From: Candidatus Colwellbacteria bacterium
GTDB lineage: Bacteria; Patescibacteriota; Minisyncoccia; UBA6257; Colwellbacteraceae
Length of the DNA: 64,000 nt
NCBI GenBank assembly: GCA_028710275.1
Contig: JAQTUL010000004.1
Span: 11,646 to 75,645, forward strand
Reading direction: 5' to 3'
Shown here: piece after piece, positions 19,490 to 29,194 of the stretch
Numbering within the stretch: position 1 is the first letter of the stretch
Layout: each line of letters begins with the position of its first letter
Made by a program: the position numbers and the translations under genes
Notes under the pieces: model-generated
What the model was told of the DNA's origin: nothing
The model's database searches: none
The model's input: the letters and a program-made list of their open reading frames with translations, nothing else

Positions 19490-21379
19490 ATGCCTCCATC
19501 CCGTTCACGTGACGATGATGATGTAGTCGATAACTACTACGATCTGGACGATAAGGATTCTCGTACGGTCGGGATAAAGGAACTCGATCTAAATACTCTA
19601 TATCCACAGCATCCTCTCGACTATAAAAATGGAAGTAAATACTGTATTATCGGCAAGCCTGGTTGCCATAAGAGAGGTACAAAAATTATCTTGTTCAATG
19701 GTGAAACTAAAAATGTCGAAGATATTCAATTGGATGATGTGTTAATGGGAGATGATTCTACCCCTAGACATGTTTTAGGTCTTGCAAGAGGAAGAGAAGA
19801 AATGTACGATATTATCCCTACAAAAGGTGATAAATATACCGTAAATAAAAGTCATATTTTAACTTTAAAATCATCAGGATTTGCAAATCATCCCAAAGGT
19901 GAAGTGATAGATATTTCAGTCAATGAACTTCTTAATAAACAGCAGATATGGAGAACAAGATTCAAAGGATTTAAAGTATCGATTGAATTCGAAGAGAAAA
20001 AATTAGATATTCATCCTTATCTCATGGGATATTGGTTGGGAGATGGAACATCAAATAACGCTGAAATCACGACTGCAGATCACGAAATTGTTACGAATTT
20101 CGATTCGTTATTATATGAATATGGACTAAAATTAAGTAAGAGTGGATGTTCTCCGTACAGATATGGAATTACTCTTATTCATCAAAAAAATAGAAAGGGT
20201 AAAAACCAGTTTATGAACTGTTTGCGAGATAATAATCTTGTTAATAACAAACATATCACTCATCAGTATAAATGTAATAGTCGACAGAATAGGTTGGAAC
20301 TTCTTGCTGGATTGTTAGATTCGGATGGATCGTATAACGTGAAAAGTAAATGTTACGATTTTATACAAAAATCAGAGAAATTATTTGACGATGTTTTATT
20401 TTTAGCCAGATCACTAGGATTTGCTTGTTACAAACAACCATGTAAAAAATCATGTATGTATAAAGGAGAGAAACGAGAGGGTAATTATTTTAGATGTGTA
20501 ATAAGTGGAGACATAGACCAAATTCCATGTAGAGTAGAACGAAAAAAAGCATCCCCTCGTACACAAATAAAAGATGTTTTGGTTACAGGATTGAAAATGG
20601 TTTCTGTAGGAATTGATGATTATTATGGATTTGAACTAGACGGTAATAACAGATATCTTATGGAGGATTTTACAGTTACACACAACACCGGTAAATCAAC
20701 TATTATAAAATCTATTCTATACGCTAAAAAGCATATCTTTTCAGTAGGAGCATTTTGGTCTGGAACAGAGGATAGTAATGGGTTTTTCAAATCGTTTACA
20801 CCAACTACATTTATTAGAGATGGAATGATTGATGCGTCGAGTGCAGCATCACTTAAACCGTTAGAAGATCTCAATAAACGACAGAAGATCGCAAGAAAAT
20901 ATTTAGAACCCAGAGGAGATAATCCATGGTGTGTTGAGGTATTAGATGATTGTACTGCTGATCCTAAGTTCTTAAAGAAAACCGTTCTTAAGGATACTTA
21001 TAAAAATGGACGACACAAGGCTAAGATGCATCTTCTCTCGTTACAGTTCTGTCTTGATATTCCTACCGATACGAGAGGATTGATCGATGGTACATTTATT
21101 TGTCGAGAAGGTAACTCTAAGAATAGACTAAGATTATTTGAAAATTTTGGAAGTGGAGTCGACAATATTCACGATTGGAATGATCTTATGGATGGTCTCA
21201 CCGACGATTACTGTTGTATGTTTGTTAATAACAAGGCTACTACTAACAATATAGAGGATTGTATTCAATACTACAGAGCGGATCCTGATAAGATTCCTAA
21301 GGATTGGAAGTTCGGGTGTAAAGATTATTGGGACTTCCACTATGATAGATATAACCCTAACTTTGTCGAGACATTCTAA
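19490..21379 (+). CDS. A32-like virion DNA packaging ATPase containing an intein in the Walker A motif
   Basis: Exteins give 'CIIGKPG|TGKSTIIKSILY' (Walker A) and 'VLDDCTADP' (Walker B). They total about 290 aa, which is typical of A32. Confidence 0.8.
   Translation: MPPSRSRDDDDVVDNYYDLDDKDSRTVGIKELDLNTLYPQHPLDYKNGSKYCIIGKPGCHKRGTKIILFNGETKNVEDIQLDDVLMGDDSTPRHVLGLARGREEMYDIIPTKGDKYTVNKSHILTLKSSGFANHPKGEVIDISVNELLNKQQIWRTRFKGFKVSIEFEEKKLDIHPYLMGYWLGDGTSNNAEITTADHEIVTNFDSLLYEYGLKLSKSGCSPYRYGITLIHQKNRKGKNQFMNCLRDNNLVNNKHITHQYKCNSRQNRLELLAGLLDSDGSYNVKSKCYDFIQKSEKLFDDVLFLARSLGFACYKQPCKKSCMYKGEKREGNYFRCVISGDIDQIPCRVERKKASPRTQIKDVLVTGLKMVSVGIDDYYGFELDGNNRYLMEDFTVTHNTGKSTIIKSILYAKKHIFSVGAFWSGTEDSNGFFKSFTPTTFIRDGMIDASSAASLKPLEDLNKRQKIARKYLEPRGDNPWCVEVLDDCTADPKFLKKTVLKDTYKNGRHKAKMHLLSLQFCLDIPTDTRGLIDGTFICREGNSKNRLRLFENFGSGVDNIHDWNDLMDGLTDDYCCMFVNNKATTNNIEDCIQYYRADPDKIPKDWKFGCKDYWDFHYDRYNPNFVETF
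19664..20686 (+). mobile_element. intein (341 aa) with LAGLIDADG homing endonuclease, inserted in the packaging ATPase P-loop
   Basis: Starts 'CHKRGTKIILFNGE', carries LAGLIDADG blocks 'LMGYWLGDGTS' and 'LLAGLLDSDGS', and ends 'FTVTHN|T'. Confidence 0.75.
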
Positions 21380-21427
21380 ATTTGGAGCGTCATTTGTGTA
21401 AAAAAAGTTAATATTTTGTGATTATAA

Positions 21428-22390
21428 ATGCCGAGAGTGAATAGATTCTCTGGACCTATAGAAGATATTGTTGGTAGTACTTGTCCCGGCGCATCATACT
21501 GCGCTATAGATCAATGTTATCGAAATGGTGGTGTGTGTGGAAATACTGGATCATGCTGTCTCACATCTGCGAATGTTAAGGATCTTGTCACTGCTCTCGG
21601 ATGTGGGGGTAGTACCAGTTTTTCAGCACAACGTAAATTTTCTACGCTTAGCGAGGATCCCACAGCTATGAATACCTGTATTACTCAGCTGGGTTTAACT
21701 GGGAGCGATGTAGACTACATGTGTACAAATCTCAGCGCAGATGATTGTTTTTCTGAAATTTGTGCGCTTGGATGCACAAATCACGCGTGTCCTTCTGTCG
21801 CGCCACCCAGTATAAATCTTCAGACTCAAGTGTGTCAAACTATTCAACAATATTGTGACGTGATTGACCCATCGCTTTTATCGGATCCTAATTATAGCGC
21901 TATGTGCTGTTCGATCGATCCTATAGCTGGAGTTCCCGATAGAACAGTATGTGGATGTCCAGGAAATCCATGCTCTTCTAATCCCGTAGTTATGCAAAAT
22001 GTTCAGGCCTTGAAAGCGAGTGCCGCACAGTATTGGAAAAATAATCCTGTTGTTTCTTCTCCCGTACTTCCTTCTTCAGTAAACGGACCGTCGCCTCCAG
22101 TTGTTCAACCAACTCCCGTTCCCGTTCAACCAACTCCCGTTCCCGTTCAACCAACTCCCGTTCCCGTTCAACCAACTCCCGTTCCCGTTCAACCAACTCC
22201 CGTTCCACCCCCAAAAGAAAGTGGAAGAATAAATATCAAAAGATATCTTATGTTTATAATTCTTCTATTACTTCTTGTAGGTGGCGGACTCTACTGGTAT
22301 TTCGTCTATAAAAAGAATTCGGGAGCTTCTGACTCTTCACATAGTTACTTATTTTCTCCGTCTGATCAACCCTTAGGAAACTATCTGTAA
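21428..22390 (+). CDS. Cys-rich, Pro/Thr-repeat, C-terminally membrane-anchored protein
   Basis: Cys-rich N-terminal half, (PTPVPVQ)x6 repeats and a C-terminal TM 'MFIILLLLLVGGGLYWYFVY'. Confidence 0.55.
   Translation: MPRVNRFSGPIEDIVGSTCPGASYCAIDQCYRNGGVCGNTGSCCLTSANVKDLVTALGCGGSTSFSAQRKFSTLSEDPTAMNTCITQLGLTGSDVDYMCTNLSADDCFSEICALGCTNHACPSVAPPSINLQTQVCQTIQQYCDVIDPSLLSDPNYSAMCCSIDPIAGVPDRTVCGCPGNPCSSNPVVMQNVQALKASAAQYWKNNPVVSSPVLPSSVNGPSPPVVQPTPVPVQPTPVPVQPTPVPVQPTPVPVQPTPVPPPKESGRINIKRYLMFIILLLLLVGGGLYWYFVYKKNSGASDSSHSYLFSPSDQPLGNYL
22104..22210 (+). repeat. 21-bp tandem repeat (about 5 copies) encoding PTPVPVQ
   Basis: 'caaccaactcccgttcccgtt' is repeated in tandem. Confidence 0.8.
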
Positions 22391-22428
22391 TGGATTAATT
22401 TATACTTGAGCAAGTATAAATTAATGAA

Positions 22429-23040
22429 TTAAAATATATAAGGGATAAGTGGTTTTTCAATTAAGTACATATAACCACTATCTGTTTTGATACTCTGAAG
22501 AATGTTGTTTGGTGTTCGGTCATCATGCTCATTGATAATGCTCGTTCCCTTTGTCAAAAATGTCTGTCCAGAAAGAAGAGGTTGTATTCTGAGATTTCGG
22601 TTGTAAAGTTCTACGGGTGAAAGAATATAATCTAACATATGAAAGTTGACTATATCTTTAGGGGTAAGAGCCGTGGATTGAACAATTGCAAAAAGATCCC
22701 TCATTTGACTATCTACAGGAACAAAAATAGTCGATGCTCTGTGTGAATCAATATACGGTTGTAGTTTATAAGCATCGATAAATTCTCTAAATCGAGAGGT
22801 TGTAATATTATTTTTGATCAATCCATAATTACCTCTACCTTGTACATATGCCCCATAAGCGGGAACTTCCATTGTCTTATGGTCATGTGAACTCGTATGA
22901 GAAGATTCCTCACTAAAATATAATGGGTTTGGAATTCCTGTTGAGAATTCAATGTCGTTCATTGAGAGATCGAGATACGATCTATACGATGCAATACCTT
23001 CATAACCGGACGATGTTCCACCTTGGAATGTTGACATCAA
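22429..23040 (-). CDS. fasciclin (FAS1)-like domain protein
   Basis: 'STIFVPVDSQMRDLF', 'LTPKDIVNFHML' and 'DSGYMYLIEKPLIP' resemble the FAS1 conserved blocks. Convergent with 21428..22390, with a hairpin at 22394..22425. Confidence 0.4.
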   Translation of the reverse strand: MMSTFQGGTSSGYEGIASYRSYLDLSMNDIEFSTGIPNPLYFSEESSHTSSHDHKTMEVPAYGAYVQGRGNYGLIKNNITTSRFREFIDAYKLQPYIDSHRASTIFVPVDSQMRDLFAIVQSTALTPKDIVNFHMLDYILSPVELYNRNLRIQPLLSGQTFLTKGTSIINEHDDRTPNNILQSIKTDSGYMYLIEKPLIPYIF

Positions 23041-23112
23041 TTAAGTATTAAAAATATAAAAAGTTGGAAGTGAGTTAAATCAAAATATTAGAATCAAGAT
23101 CTATAGTTAAAA

Positions 23113-23823
23113 ATGAATTATAACTCAATTGGAGATAATATTACATCTAAACATTGTACAATACAAATGGATGTTCTCAGTAGCGCAATCAAATTTTTTG
23201 TTAAAGGTGTCCTCGATGAGGCATCAAAAAGAGTGGCAAAACGTTTTGATGTGTCAATTGACGATGCCATGGATATTTGGAAAGATCTACATATCGATCT
23301 CGATACTATTCCATCTATCACGTTGAATGAAAAGACAATTAAAAAGCCCGTTCGTAAAACAGAAAAATCATCAGACGATGAAGACGAAGATAAACCTGAT
23401 GGATGTACACATATTCTGACTAGAGGACCTAACGAAGGTGGAGAATGCGGTAAAAAGATTTCCGCAAAATCTCAAACCGGAATTTATTGTTCAGTACATC
23501 TGAATCAAGAGAATAAGGTTAAGCCTACAAAGAAAGTGAAGGCCGAGAAAATTACAAAAGATACCAAAGATGATACTGTTAATATCAAAATTAGACTAGA
23601 TCCTGATTACGGAAGATATGTACAATCGGGTACTGGACTAGTATTTAAGTCTGCACAAGAAAAAATTGTTATTGGTGTTCAAGATGATCATGGTGATCTT
23701 CTCAAACTCACAAAAAAGGATGTCGATATATGTAAAAAGTATAGATTTGTTTATGATGAAAAGTGTGTTGAGAAATCTAACATCGAGATTGAGATTTCCG
23801 ACGATGAGATTTCCGAAGATTGA
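23113..23823 (+). CDS. hypothetical protein with C-terminal (DEISE) repeats
   Basis: 236-aa ORF with 15-bp repeats 'gagatttccgaagat' at its 3' end. Confidence 0.45.
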   Translation: MNYNSIGDNITSKHCTIQMDVLSSAIKFFVKGVLDEASKRVAKRFDVSIDDAMDIWKDLHIDLDTIPSITLNEKTIKKPVRKTEKSSDDEDEDKPDGCTHILTRGPNEGGECGKKISAKSQTGIYCSVHLNQENKVKPTKKVKAEKITKDTKDDTVNIKIRLDPDYGRYVQSGTGLVFKSAQEKIVIGVQDDHGDLLKLTKKDVDICKKYRFVYDEKCVEKSNIEIEISDDEISED

Positions 23824-23886
23824 GATTTCCGAAGATGAGATTTCCGATTAAAATTTTTTCTTCATTTAAACTCTTTGTAAAGTTAA

Positions 23887-24837
23887 ATGAAGAAAAAATT
23901 ATACTTATCAGTCTTTTTAATACTGATAATACTATTTTATCTTTTCTTTAGACGAATTTATTTTCGTATAAATTTCGATACATATAACACCCCAGAAATT
24001 TTAGGATGTTCAAATATAAAGTTGTGTAATGAAAAAGGTCTATTTCTCAATTCCAAAATTGTAATATGCGGATTGATAAGAAATAGTCAGGATGTTATTC
24101 CGTACCTAAAACAGAAAGTAGAGCAATTATCTCTATATTTTAAAGACTATACTGTATTGATTGTTGAAAATGATAGTACGGATAATTCTAGATCTATATT
24201 ATTAGAATGGGCACGAGATAATAATCGTATAAAAATACTCGGATGTGGTGTAAATAATGATTCTTGTAAACTAGACATAAGTGAAACAATAATTCATGAT
24301 GGTTCCTCATCGAGAATTGAGAAGATGGTGAATTTGAGAAATATTTATATGGATTATCTTCAACGCCCAGAATTTAATGATTATAAATTCTGTATAGTTA
24401 TGGATATGGATCTAGTTTCAAAATTATATAACGATGGAATATTAAGTACTGAAGAGCTATTTTATAATAATCCAACTCTAGACGCGGTTGTTTCGAACGG
24501 AATTGGATGTAAAACATACGGACCATTTCATATATTTATATACCATGATCCGTACGCGCATCTCGATTTGAACGGTAATATATCAACGAATAAAAAAATT
24601 CACGACCAGTATTCAATGTTAACAAGATTTTATTATTACGATTCTCCCGTCCAGACAGTAATATCTGCTTTTTCAGGATTTTCAATGTATAACTTTAAAA
24701 CTTTTAGATCTAAGAGATACGCGTTATCTCTGTTAGAAGATGGAACCGCTGAATGTGAACACGTGACATTTAACAAAAAATTAGAGACTATTGTTCTAAA
24801 CCCTAAAATGTTATTTATCGTATTTCAGAACAATTAA
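23887..24837 (+). CDS. type II membrane glycosyltransferase, Anp1/Mnn9/Van1-like (GT62-like)
   Basis: N-terminal signal anchor. 'ICGLIRNSQDVIPYLKQKVEQLSLYFKDYTVLIVENDSTDNSRSIL' resembles the Anp1-family block (pL.Na...l..yf..l..L.YP...l...v.dS.D.T). Confidence 0.45.
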   Translation: MKKKLYLSVFLILIILFYLFFRRIYFRINFDTYNTPEILGCSNIKLCNEKGLFLNSKIVICGLIRNSQDVIPYLKQKVEQLSLYFKDYTVLIVENDSTDNSRSILLEWARDNNRIKILGCGVNNDSCKLDISETIIHDGSSSRIEKMVNLRNIYMDYLQRPEFNDYKFCIVMDMDLVSKLYNDGILSTEELFYNNPTLDAVVSNGIGCKTYGPFHIFIYHDPYAHLDLNGNISTNKKIHDQYSMLTRFYYYDSPVQTVISAFSGFSMYNFKTFRSKRYALSLLEDGTAECEHVTFNKKLETIVLNPKMLFIVFQNN

Positions 24838-25625
24838 TATCTCTGCAGATAACACACTCTTTCCACTATTTTATACACTATAAATAATGATAGAAATAAT
24901 ATCACTAGTTTCCCTTTATAATACGGGTTGTAGTATATAAAAATTATTAATAAAACTAATATTACCTCCAGAATAGATTTACCATAGTATCCAATATATC
25001 TTCCGTAGTAATTATTTATAGATTGAAAAGCGTGGTGTGTAAATGAATTTTTCAATCCCATATAATCTTTATTACTAGCAATATCACTCTTACTGAGTCG
25101 TTGATTAAATATTGAAGGAAGAAATCCGTATGTGTGATGATTGATAGAATACACAACATCTATCTCCGAAATGAATTTCATATTTGCATATTTTTCCATA
25201 GCTTTTCTATTTATTACGTAGGCATGAGCATTAAGAAATCTAGACCTATAAATATGGGGATATGTAGTACTTTCCGTACCCTGTCCTATAAGAATATTTG
25301 ATCCTAAAAATAAAATTTCCCAATCAAAATTTGTATACATAAAAGATACACATTCCTTCATATTATCCGGTGTAAAATATGATGTGGGTGTCGCATCGTC
25401 TTCGAAAATGAGAACATTCTCCATACCTTTATTATAACAATCAGTAATAACATTAATATGAGATTCGAAACACCCCTGCATTCCATTTTTATGTTTTTCT
25501 GGTCGATAGAAAGTCACGGGAATATCTACACTATCAAATATCGTCTTCTGTTCGCTATATCTGTCGTCTCTAGTTGCAAGGCAGATACAGACTATTTGAT
25601 CGAAATTTTTCCAGATACTCATCAA
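24834..25625 (-). CDS. glycosyltransferase family 25-like (LPS/procollagen galactosyltransferase family)
   Basis: 'IVCICLATRDDRYS', 'GMQGCFESHINVI' and 'VLIFEDDATP' match GT25 blocks. C-terminal TM helix. Confidence 0.65.
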   Translation of the reverse strand: MMSIWKNFDQIVCICLATRDDRYSEQKTIFDSVDIPVTFYRPEKHKNGMQGCFESHINVITDCYNKGMENVLIFEDDATPTSYFTPDNMKECVSFMYTNFDWEILFLGSNILIGQGTESTTYPHIYRSRFLNAHAYVINRKAMEKYANMKFISEIDVVYSINHHTYGFLPSIFNQRLSKSDIASNKDYMGLKNSFTHHAFQSINNYYGRYIGYYGKSILEVILVLLIIFIYYNPYYKGKLVILFLSLFIVYKIVERVCYLQRY

Positions 25626-25668
25626 CTTTTAATAATAGAAATTATTAAAAGCTTCATTCTGAATAAGT

Positions 25669-26433
25669 CTATCCCTTGTGATACTTATAGAATTTAATGT
25701 AGAGATAGTAGATGATGATCAACAAAACTATTCCAATCATAATTTTTTTTGGATTGCATAAAAAGAAGTTGAAAACCTTTGTATCGTACGCAATCCATGA
25801 TGCACCTGGAAGAATACGCACTCTTGAGAATTTATCACTACATGGTTGTGGATCGCATATAGAACAAGGAAGTATAACTCTGTACGGAAGAACATTTATT
25901 GTGAAAGTAGCTTTTTTTGCAACACGATCTATCATTTGAGGACCGGTAGTTGACATAACCTCTAAATGCTTTCCAATGGCCCACCATTGTTTCGGTTTCA
26001 TAATCTCCAGAAGAACTTCAATCCAGAAAGGATTATCAGGAGAAGAAGCCATAAAGCTGTTTGTATAGTAATTAGTGCTGTTACTACTCGCCATCAGATA
26101 CACTCCCTGATTTGGAAAAAGATTTTCAAGATTGCCTAAAGGTTCAAGATCGAGATCACAATACACACCTCCATATATATTTAGTATACAGTATCTTATC
26201 GCATCTGCCCTTTGAATTCCATACGGAAGATTATCAAATGTTTTTAAGAACCAAGGGAATTTAGACTCAACAAAAGCTCTATTATCTTCATCTGTCCAGA
26301 GTTTATATTCCCATTCAGGATGATATTTTTTCCAAGAGTCTTGTGAAGCTTGCCAGTGGGGAGGAACTTTTTCCTCCCGCCATGTCTGATGAATTATCTT
26401 AGGTATCCCGCATGGCAAAGAAATGTTGGACAT
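25669..26433 (-). CDS. glycosyltransferase family 32 (Och1-like alpha-1,6-mannosyltransferase / Gly_transf_sug)
   Basis: 'IPKIIHQTWREEKVP...YKLWTDEDN...RADAIRYCILNIYGGVYCDLDLEPL' carries the GT32 signature and DxD motif. Confidence 0.75.
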   Translation of the reverse strand: MSNISLPCGIPKIIHQTWREEKVPPHWQASQDSWKKYHPEWEYKLWTDEDNRAFVESKFPWFLKTFDNLPYGIQRADAIRYCILNIYGGVYCDLDLEPLGNLENLFPNQGVYLMASSNSTNYYTNSFMASSPDNPFWIEVLLEIMKPKQWWAIGKHLEVMSTTGPQMIDRVAKKATFTINVLPYRVILPCSICDPQPCSDKFSRVRILPGASWIAYDTKVFNFFLCNPKKIMIGIVLLIIIYYLYIKFYKYHKG

Positions 26434-26743
26434 TTAAAATGAATAAATATTAAATAACTGTTAGTACGAATAAAATGTCCAAATACGTGACGTGTGTAGA
26501 TGTATGCTCAATTGTTCTTCTGAATTTGATGCGAGTTATAGGTTGTTCAAGACGATTGGTTCATTGATCTATTTACCCACACTGAGTTATAGAATGTGAT
26601 GAAAATCAACATCGCAACTATTCATGCGATAATAAAAGGACGATGGAGATATTTGAAGATTTAGGATCAAGACCGATGGTGATATAAGATTTAATCCTGA
26701 TATATTATAACACCGACTAAAGAGTGGGATATTAGAAAATTAT

Positions 26744-26869
26744 TTAAAAGATGCTATACTGGAAAATATCTACAATTCCATCAAAAGAATTGACAAGTGT
26801 ATCTGTATTATGATCAACAGTCTGATGAATTATCTTAGGTATCCCACATGGGACTATTATTTGACTCAT
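26744..26869 (-). pseudogene. truncated duplicate of the 5' end of the GT32 gene
   Basis: Minus strand encodes 'MSQIIVPCGIPKIIHQT' then unrelated residues and a stop. 33 nt (26820..26852) are near-identical to 26384..26416 at the start of the intact gene. Confidence 0.55.
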
Positions 26870-26920
26870 GAGAGTATTTACTGGTCAGTATTATAACCAG
26901 TAAATATAATAAACAGGAAA

Positions 26921-27170
26921 GATTTTCCGAAATACTTCGGAGATCACAACTGTTTCCGAACTTGAGAAGTTTTTCGGCGGAGAGGTCGCCTCTCTCACAA
27001 ATATTGAGAGAGTTTGATATACTTTTTTCAATTTCAAATAGTTTTAGAAACGGGAATCCCTTTGATCTCCGAAAGTCAAAGTGTGAAAACGGTCTCCTTT
27101 CAACTTTAATTCTAAATTATGACTTTCGGAGATTTTTGTCCTTTCTCCGAAAGTCCGAACTCTGAAATTT
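26921..27170. ncRNA. structured non-coding element rich in TCCGAAAG motifs and nested inverted repeats (function unknown)
   Basis: Relatively GC-rich 250-nt intergenic block with multiple hairpins. The largest is 'ctccgaaagtca' (27068..27079) paired with 'tgactttcggag' (27120..27131). It shares about 33 nt with 16447..16479. Confidence 0.3.
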
Positions 27171-27174
27171 GTGT

Positions 27175-27234
27175 AACATTCTCTAACAAACTTTAACATT
27201 CTCTAACATTCTCTAACATTCTCTAACATTCTCT
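27175..27234. repeat. 10-bp minisatellite (aacattctct)x5 with one variant unit
   Basis: Direct tandem copies immediately upstream of 27299..28264. Confidence 0.8.
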
Positions 27235-27298
27235 AACAAACAAATGTAAAGAAAGTTAAACATGCATTATTATAGATCATGGATCACATTACATCGCT

Positions 27299-28264
27299 AT
27301 GTTTAAGTGTGAATTTTGTGATAAAGAGTTAACATCAAAATCGATTCTTAAAACGCATCAATCGAAAACAAAATACTGTTTAGAGCGACAAAAACAATTT
27401 AATATTGATGCACCTATAAATAGTGTAGTACTAATATGTCAGTATTGTAATAAAAATTTTAGTCATAAACATAGGAGAGATTCTCATCAATTAACTTGTA
27501 TAGAAAAAGACAAAAAGGAAATGTTCGGACGTTACGAAGGTGAATTAGAGATTCAGAGAAAACGTTACGAAGGTGAATTAGAGATTCAGAGAAAACGTTA
27601 CGACGATGCTCTTTTAATTATTTCTGATAAAGAATGTGAATTAGAGATTCAGAGAAAACGTTACGACGATGCTCTTTTAATTATTTCTGATAAAGATAAG
27701 CAAATTTCAGATCTTAAAGACGAAAAAATCAATATATACTCCGGATTATTTAATAAGGATCATGAATTTATTCTCTCTCAGAATTCAAAATTTGCTGAAC
27801 GACAATCAATTACAAATACGACAATCAAAGCGAAAAATATAACTATGAACTCTCTTAATCTCTCCCAAGAGAGACTCGAATCTATAAAGGACACCTACAC
27901 TATAAAACATTACGAAAGAGGTGGAATTGGACAAGCTGACTGGGTAGTTGATAATGTACTCAGAGATGAATCGGGAAACCTAATCTACAAATGTACAGAT
28001 AAGAATAGAAAGAATTTCATTTACCACGACAATAAAGGAAATATAGTTGCTGACATACAGGCTAAGAAACTAAAAGAAGCCATACTTCCTATTATGAATA
28101 CTAAATTGAAGGAGTTCAAGAAGATCAAATGTGCTGAATTAGCAGAAATCAGTGACGATGAGAGTGAATTGTTAGAACAGTATAGTAATCTATACAATGA
28201 GAACAAATCCATGGGTAACGAATTTGATAAGAGATTAGTTGAAAAAACTTATGATAGAAGTTAG
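27299..28264 (+). CDS. C2H2 zinc-finger / coiled-coil protein with internal repeats
   Basis: 'CEFCDKELTSKSILKTHQSKTKYC' and 'CQYCNKNFSHKHRRDSHQLTC'. Repeated 'RYEGELEIQRKRY' and 'DDALLIISDK' units. Confidence 0.5.
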   Translation: MFKCEFCDKELTSKSILKTHQSKTKYCLERQKQFNIDAPINSVVLICQYCNKNFSHKHRRDSHQLTCIEKDKKEMFGRYEGELEIQRKRYEGELEIQRKRYDDALLIISDKECELEIQRKRYDDALLIISDKDKQISDLKDEKINIYSGLFNKDHEFILSQNSKFAERQSITNTTIKAKNITMNSLNLSQERLESIKDTYTIKHYERGGIGQADWVVDNVLRDESGNLIYKCTDKNRKNFIYHDNKGNIVADIQAKKLKEAILPIMNTKLKEFKKIKCAELAEISDDESELLEQYSNLYNENKSMGNEFDKRLVEKTYDRS

Positions 28265-28442
28265 AGTATTTTGTAATGGATAGATTGCATTCTGAAAATT
28301 TGTGAAAACCTACAAAAATACAAATTACCTTGTATATAAGTGGATGAAAAATTTATAGAGTATGATAATATATTTAGAAAAACTTATGTTTAAGAGTTTA
28401 TTATATAAGGATCTTAAAGTTAGTACTGGATATTAAGGGTCG

Positions 28443-28802
28443 ATGGCTTCAAAAACAGTTGCAGATTTGAAAGAATTGAAAAGCATTACTGCTGAGATCA
28501 AGCGTCTCAACGCGGAGGCTAAAGTTCTTCGTCTGAAGAAGAAAGAGATTGAGGATCGTATTACCGAATACCTTAGAGAGGAAAATCAACCGGGTGTGAA
28601 ATACGGTGATATTGTTGTGCTCTCTAAAGAGAGTGTGCGTCGTAAGCGTCTGAAGAAGAAGGAGAAGGAGGAGAAGGCGGTTGCTGTTCTTGAGGAGATG
28701 GGTATTCTCGATGCAAAACAGGCTCTATCAACCATATTGGATTCTATGAAGGGAGAGGAGTACATCTTAGAATCGCTTCAGATTAAGGAGACTAAGATGT
28801 AG
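28443..28802 (+). CDS. hypothetical coiled-coil protein
   Basis: 119-aa K/E-rich ORF with a hairpin downstream at 28834..28861. Confidence 0.4.
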   Translation: MASKTVADLKELKSITAEIKRLNAEAKVLRLKKKEIEDRITEYLREENQPGVKYGDIVVLSKESVRRKRLKKKEKEEKAVAVLEEMGILDAKQALSTILDSMKGEEYILESLQIKETKM

Positions 28803-28890
28803 GTGATGTACCGTGGAATTTAGACCGTATCGTTTAATAAAGATATTTTTATCTTTATTAATATCTAAAACGTAATCGTTTAATAAAACT

Positions 28891-29151
28891 ATGTCGTTAA
28901 AAATCAGACCGACTCACGAACGTATCTTTAATTCTGTTCAGACCGTTGGCGCTGAACAACCTCAGGATGATCTTGTCGAAGAGACTGTGTTTCTTGTGGA
29001 CGAAGAGACTGGAGAGATTGTAGAGGAACGTCAGATGGTTCCTCGGGATCCTTCTACTGCACCACCGGCTCCTGTTCATCAACAACCACCAAAGGATAAC
29101 AAGTTCATTGGTCTTGCTATGAGAAAGAAGAGTAAGGTGAGCTTCATGTAA
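28891..29151 (+). CDS. hypothetical protein
   Basis: 86-aa ORF. Confidence 0.3.
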   Translation: MSLKIRPTHERIFNSVQTVGAEQPQDDLVEETVFLVDEETGEIVEERQMVPRDPSTAPPAPVHQQPPKDNKFIGLAMRKKSKVSFM

Positions 29152-29194
29152 AGCCCGATTATTTTTACCTTGTTAACGAAGTAAAAATGAGTCT

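Noticed and set aside
26962-27165. 67-aa ORF inside the TCCGAAAG structured element.
   Set aside because: It lies within a block dominated by inverted repeats and conserved nucleotide motifs. It has no start context or protein motif, so it is better explained as non-coding.
27175-27234. Tandem short repeats as a possible CRISPR array.
   Set aside because: The units are 10 bp with no spacers. The other arrays (22104..22210, 48330..48650, 30600..33200) are coding repeats. No repeat-spacer architecture or cas genes are present.
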